This document shows, one piece after another, positions 60,139 to 64,000 of a stretch of DNA of 64,000 nucleotides. Origin of the DNA: Trueperaceae bacterium (GTDB taxonomy: Bacteria; Deinococcota; Deinococci; Deinococcales; Trueperaceae); NCBI GenBank assembly GCA_965213925.1, contig OZ243927.1, forward strand, positions 448,001-512,000. Reading direction: 5' to 3'. Positions within the stretch are counted from its first letter, which is position 1, and every line of letters begins with the position of its first letter. Under the pieces are notes generated by a model. It saw only the letters and a program-made list of their open reading frames with translations. It made no database searches and had not been told where the DNA came from. The position numbers were made by a program, and so were the translations under genes.

Positions 60139-61260
60139 TTAGTTCTTCTTGTTGTCCTTGTTCTGATTACCCTTACTTTGACTGCCTTTATCTTGGTCTT
60201 TCTTGTTATTATTCGAGCTACCCGAGCTCGAGCTACCCGAGCTTGAACCCTTCGCCTGGCTGCCCTTGCCGCTGCTCGAGCCTCCGCTCCCCGACGCGCT
60301 GCTCCCCTGCCCCTTGGAGCCCGCCGCGCCACCTTCGTCCTTGTTCTGAGCCCAGTTTCTCTCGTTACCTGCATCTTCATCTTTGGGCGCTTGGCTTACT
60401 GCGCTGTCATCTGAAGCGCCTCCAGACGCGCTCTTATCTGAAGAGCCGCCCGAGTCGTCTTTATCGGTCTTCACGCCTCCGCCCCCTTGACCCTTTGACG
60501 CGCCACTCGTCTTAAAGGTCACGCTTTCGTCGGACTGAGCGTCGCTCGACGCGCTGCTAGGCGACGAGCCGGACGTACTGCTCGAACTACCTGACGACGC
60601 ACCGCCCCCCGTAGCGCTAGACGAACCACTGCTCGAGCCGGCACCACTTGTACCGCCGCTTTTGCTGGCCGAAGCGCCACTCGTCGTGCTACTAGAGTCA
60701 CCGCTCGATTTCTCCGCGCTCGAGCTGCTCGATGTATCCGACGCGCCGCTACTGCTCGACTGACTTGAAGTCGTGCTCGAGCTGCTGCTCTTAGACTCCT
60801 CGACCGGCTCCGCTTGGACGACTTCGACCGGCTTGTCCGAGGGTTGGCTCGTGGACTTGGATTCTTCGACCGGCTCCGCTTCGACAGGTTGTGCGGGCGA
60901 AGTGGGCGCTGCCGCCGCGCTGCTACTCGCGCCACTCCCTGTAGACGAACCTGTAGCCGAAAAGGTGCTCACCGAAGGCGAAGACGTGCCTGAAGAGGGG
61001 CTACCAGCTCCGACCGTGACCGCGCTGCTTTGACTCTGCTGCCGCTGGATCAGCTTGACGAGCGCATAGACCGCGCCGACGATGACCACGACGGGAATGA
61101 TGTACTTGAGCAAGAACCAGAGCAGCGCCGCGATCAGCTTAAAGAGCACGCCCACCCAGACGATGATTTGCCCGAAGACCCACAAGAGACCCGTGGCGAC
61201 GACAACGGCGATAAGACCAAAGACGACCAACTCGACAATTTCCTGTAGAGAACGTTTCAT
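60139..61260 (-). CDS. Membrane-anchored Ser/Gly-rich low-complexity protein
   Basis: Hydrophobic N-terminus of about 70 aa followed by about 300 aa of S/G/T/K-rich sequence; start ATG 61260. Confidence 0.75.
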   Translation of the reverse strand: MKRSLQEIVELVVFGLIAVVVATGLLWVFGQIIVWVGVLFKLIAALLWFLLKYIIPVVVIVGAVYALVKLIQRQQSQSSAVTVGAGSPSSGTSSPSVSTFSATGSSTGSGASSSAAAAPTSPAQPVEAEPVEESKSTSQPSDKPVEVVQAEPVEESKSSSSSTTSSQSSSSGASDTSSSSSAEKSSGDSSSTTSGASASKSGGTSGAGSSSGSSSATGGGASSGSSSSTSGSSPSSASSDAQSDESVTFKTSGASKGQGGGGVKTDKDDSGGSSDKSASGGASDDSAVSQAPKDEDAGNERNWAQNKDEGGAAGSKGQGSSASGSGGSSSGKGSQAKGSSSGSSSSGSSNNNKKDQDKGSQSKGNQNKDNKKN

Positions 61261-61410
61261 ATTGCTGCGCAGTATAACAGGAAATTTCACACGTGTTGAG
61301 GGGGCGCAAGGGGTGAACTGTAACCTAGGCAAATTTCATGGGTGAAGTGAGCGTTTTCTAAGTCGTCAAAGGGCGAGCCTCAGCGCGTTAGACTTAGCCG
61401 TGATGACATT

Positions 61411-62667
61411 ATGAGTGAAAGAGCGCGTGAACGCTTGAGGCTCGAGCGGATGGTCCACGGCGGCGCAGCTTTGACGCATCTGGCGGACGGGCAGGTGGCG
61501 CTCGTGCGCGGCGGGCTGCCAGGTGAGCACGTCGAAGCGGTTTTAGAAAGGCGCTCCGGCGTGTTGCAGGGTGAAGTGACGCGCGTATTAGAAGCGAGCC
61601 CTGAGCGCGTCCCGGCGAGCCCGCACCCCGGTCTCGACTACAGTTTCGCCACCTATGAGCGTCAACTCAGGTTAAAGCGAGAGGTGACGGAGGACGCCCT
61701 AGCGCGCAGCCTGAAACGGGAGGTCGAGGTTCCCGGCGTCATCCCTGCGCCCTCGACTTGGCACTACCGCCACACGGTCCAGCCTGCGGCGACGAAAAGA
61801 GGTCTCGGGTATAGGCGACCGGGCGAGCAGGAGGTGGTGACGCTCCCCGCCGATCCCGTAGCCCACGAGAATATCAACCGTGTTTGGAGAGGGTGGCAAG
61901 CCGCACCAAAGGGCGTTCCTAAAGGCGTCCGCGAGATCGTCTTTCGCTGCAACGACGCGGGCGAGGTGCTCGTGGCACTCGTCGCGAGCGCGTCGCCTAA
62001 AAACTACCTCCCCTTCGCGTACGACCTCTTGAGGAGGGACCTCGGCGTCGTCGGCGTGTGCTACGCCCCTTACGACCCACGCGGCAGGTTTCGCAGCGGT
62101 TTTGAACGACTAGCCGGGGAGCGCACCTTGACGCAGCGCTACGGTGACTTCGAAGTGAGCGTGTCGGCGACGAGCTTCGCGCAGCCGAATCCGGCTGCGG
62201 CGAGCCTCCTCTACGCCGAGCTAAAACGTTGGGCAGGCTCGGGCAAGGCGGCTTCGGACCTCTACGCCGGAACGGGCGTTATCGGGCTTCATTTAACGGA
62301 GCAGTTCGAGCAGGTAACGGCGTTAGAGGTGGACAAGAGCAGCGTCGTGCGCGGTGAACGCGACGCGGAGCGGTTAGGCGTCGATAACCTGAGCTTCATC
62401 CGCGCCGACGCGAAAAAGCTCGGACCGCTCCCCTACGCTGAGCTTATCGTCGTGGACCCGCCCAGAGCAGGCCTCGCCAAAGGCGTGCGCGAGACCATCT
62501 TAGCCTCCTCTGCAGAGCGACTTCTCTACGTCTCTTGTGACGTGGCGACGTGGGCTAGAGATGTGGCGCATTTCGGCGCGCAAGGGTTGAGGTTGAAACG
62601 CTTCCAACCGTTCGACTTCTACCCGCAGACGCATCATGTCGAGATGTTGTCGCTTCTGGAGCGTTAG
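61411..62667 (+). CDS. TRAM-domain RNA (uracil-5)-methyltransferase (RlmD/TrmA family)
   Basis: GGLPGE.V, SFAQPN, DLYAGTG, VDPPRAGL, YVSCD, DFYPQT.HVE. Confidence 0.9.
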   Translation: MSERARERLRLERMVHGGAALTHLADGQVALVRGGLPGEHVEAVLERRSGVLQGEVTRVLEASPERVPASPHPGLDYSFATYERQLRLKREVTEDALARSLKREVEVPGVIPAPSTWHYRHTVQPAATKRGLGYRRPGEQEVVTLPADPVAHENINRVWRGWQAAPKGVPKGVREIVFRCNDAGEVLVALVASASPKNYLPFAYDLLRRDLGVVGVCYAPYDPRGRFRSGFERLAGERTLTQRYGDFEVSVSATSFAQPNPAAASLLYAELKRWAGSGKAASDLYAGTGVIGLHLTEQFEQVTALEVDKSSVVRGERDAERLGVDNLSFIRADAKKLGPLPYAELIVVDPPRAGLAKGVRETILASSAERLLYVSCDVATWARDVAHFGAQGLRLKRFQPFDFYPQTHHVEMLSLLER

Positions 62668-63974
62668 GCGGACGCTGGCGCACCTCGAGGCGGCTTGATA
62701 AAAAGCGCGGCCACCGCCACACCAAGAGGTAGTAGGGCGCAGAGGAGGAGGGTAGGAACGTAACTACCGAGCACCTCTAGCCCCACTGCGAACAGAAACG
62801 GTCCGAACGCCGTCCCTGCGACCGAGAGCGTCGTGACGAACCCTTTAATCGAACCGATGTGCTCGCGCCCGAAGTAATGCGCGTAGACGCTCCCCTGAAT
62901 CGCCCCCTGCATTCCCTGCAAAAGTCCGAACAGGCTCCCGTACATGAGCATGGTCTGAGGTCCGCCGACCTGCGGCGCGAGGGCGAGCGCGCCGCATAGG
63001 AGGAGCAACATGGCGCTCAGCAAGAATCTAGGGCGCAAACGGTCCACGAGCACGCCCGTGACGAGGTTCGAGCCCGCCATCACCAAGCCAAAAGGCACGA
63101 ACATCGTCGCGGCGACGACCCGCGTGATGTCCCGAGCTGCCATGATGTCGTAGTGATGAAAGATGAGCCCCGTGCCGAGCGCCGACACGCAGACCGAGCC
63201 GAGCGCAAAGAGCCAAAAGGTCAGCGTCTTGCGCGCTTCGGCTAAGGCGTAGCTGACCTCGGCGGGGGCGTCGTCCGGCTGCAAGATACCATCCGGCTGC
63301 AAGCCGAAGCGCTCCGGGTGCGCCCGGAAGAGCCACGCGCCGACGGGCAAAATCGTGAGCGCGACGAGCCCGCCGAGCATCATGTAGGCGGTGCGCCAGC
63401 CGAACTGCGCGAGCAAAAATTCGATGAGGAGCGGAAAGAAGCTCGTTGCGAGCGCCATGCCGAGTCCTGAAAGCCCAATCGCGAGCCCGCGCCGCCGCAC
63501 GAACCAGATATTGATGACATATAGACTGACGAGCCCTAGTGCCCCCTGCCCAAGCCCACGGATCAAGATAAAGCCGATGAGCAGCGTGACGAGCCCGTTC
63601 ACAAAACCCATCCACACACACGCTAGCGCGAAGAGCGACGCGATGAGGATAACGGCCAAGCGCGGACCGCGGCGGTCGATGAAGCGCCCGACGAAGGGCA
63701 GCGAGAAGGAACCAATCAGCGTACCGACTGTATAGAGCAGCGAGACCGTCGCCCTCGGCAAACCTAGGTCGGCGATGATCTTATCTAAAAAGACCGAGAC
63801 GCCTACCGTCTGCCCCGGCGTCGTCATCATAATGCCGAAGGTCCCGGCGAGCAAGATAATCCAGCCGTAGTAAAAGGGCGCGTGTGCGATAACCCAACTG
63901 CGCTGCGGTTCGGTTGGGCGCGTCCGCTCGGTTGGCGCAGCTTCAGCCAAAGGGCGTGCGGGGTTCGTTTTCAT
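62664..63974 (-). CDS. MFS transporter
   Basis: FYYGW, GRFIDRRGPR motif A, WFVRRRG.A.G, about 12 TMs. Confidence 0.9.
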   Translation of the reverse strand: MKTNPARPLAEAAPTERTRPTEPQRSWVIAHAPFYYGWIILLAGTFGIMMTTPGQTVGVSVFLDKIIADLGLPRATVSLLYTVGTLIGSFSLPFVGRFIDRRGPRLAVILIASLFALACVWMGFVNGLVTLLIGFILIRGLGQGALGLVSLYVINIWFVRRRGLAIGLSGLGMALATSFFPLLIEFLLAQFGWRTAYMMLGGLVALTILPVGAWLFRAHPERFGLQPDGILQPDDAPAEVSYALAEARKTLTFWLFALGSVCVSALGTGLIFHHYDIMAARDITRVVAATMFVPFGLVMAGSNLVTGVLVDRLRPRFLLSAMLLLLCGALALAPQVGGPQTMLMYGSLFGLLQGMQGAIQGSVYAHYFGREHIGSIKGFVTTLSVAGTAFGPFLFAVGLEVLGSYVPTLLLCALLPLGVAVAALFIKPPRGAPASA

Positions 63975-64000
63975 TCGTAAAACCTCTTGTGACGTTCAAC

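Overview
A GC-rich bacterial chromosomal window, most likely Deinococcota (Truepera-like). That assignment is an inference from gene content and the many leaderless TANNNT-N5/6-start promoters. It is mostly housekeeping: a complete ccdA-ccmABCDEFGHI cytochrome c maturation operon with a Rieske gene, proC, tgt, murE, two deoxynucleoside kinases, uppS, rsmJ, sixA, mce and a frameshifted cobB. Accessory content includes: (1) a SWIM / DUF5691 / HEAT-repeat / MoxR-AAA+ / DUF5682 / VWA (yeh-like) operon with an apparently frameshifted HEAT-repeat gene in a variable slot; (2) Pgl-like sugar and ligase genes; (3) a stand-alone ThsB-like TIR gene; (4) a small defence islet with a type IIG restriction-modification fusion and a zeta-toxin-like remnant; (5) a solitary integron-cassette-like gene with a decayed attC; (6) a small protein resembling the archaeal primase large-subunit C-terminal domain without Fe-S cysteines. 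Non-coding DNA carries several families of palindromic or MITE-like repeats, and CTCGAG is strongly over-represented. I found no rRNA, tRNA, CRISPR array, integrase or transposase. All family calls come from motif recognition by eye, with no database search.
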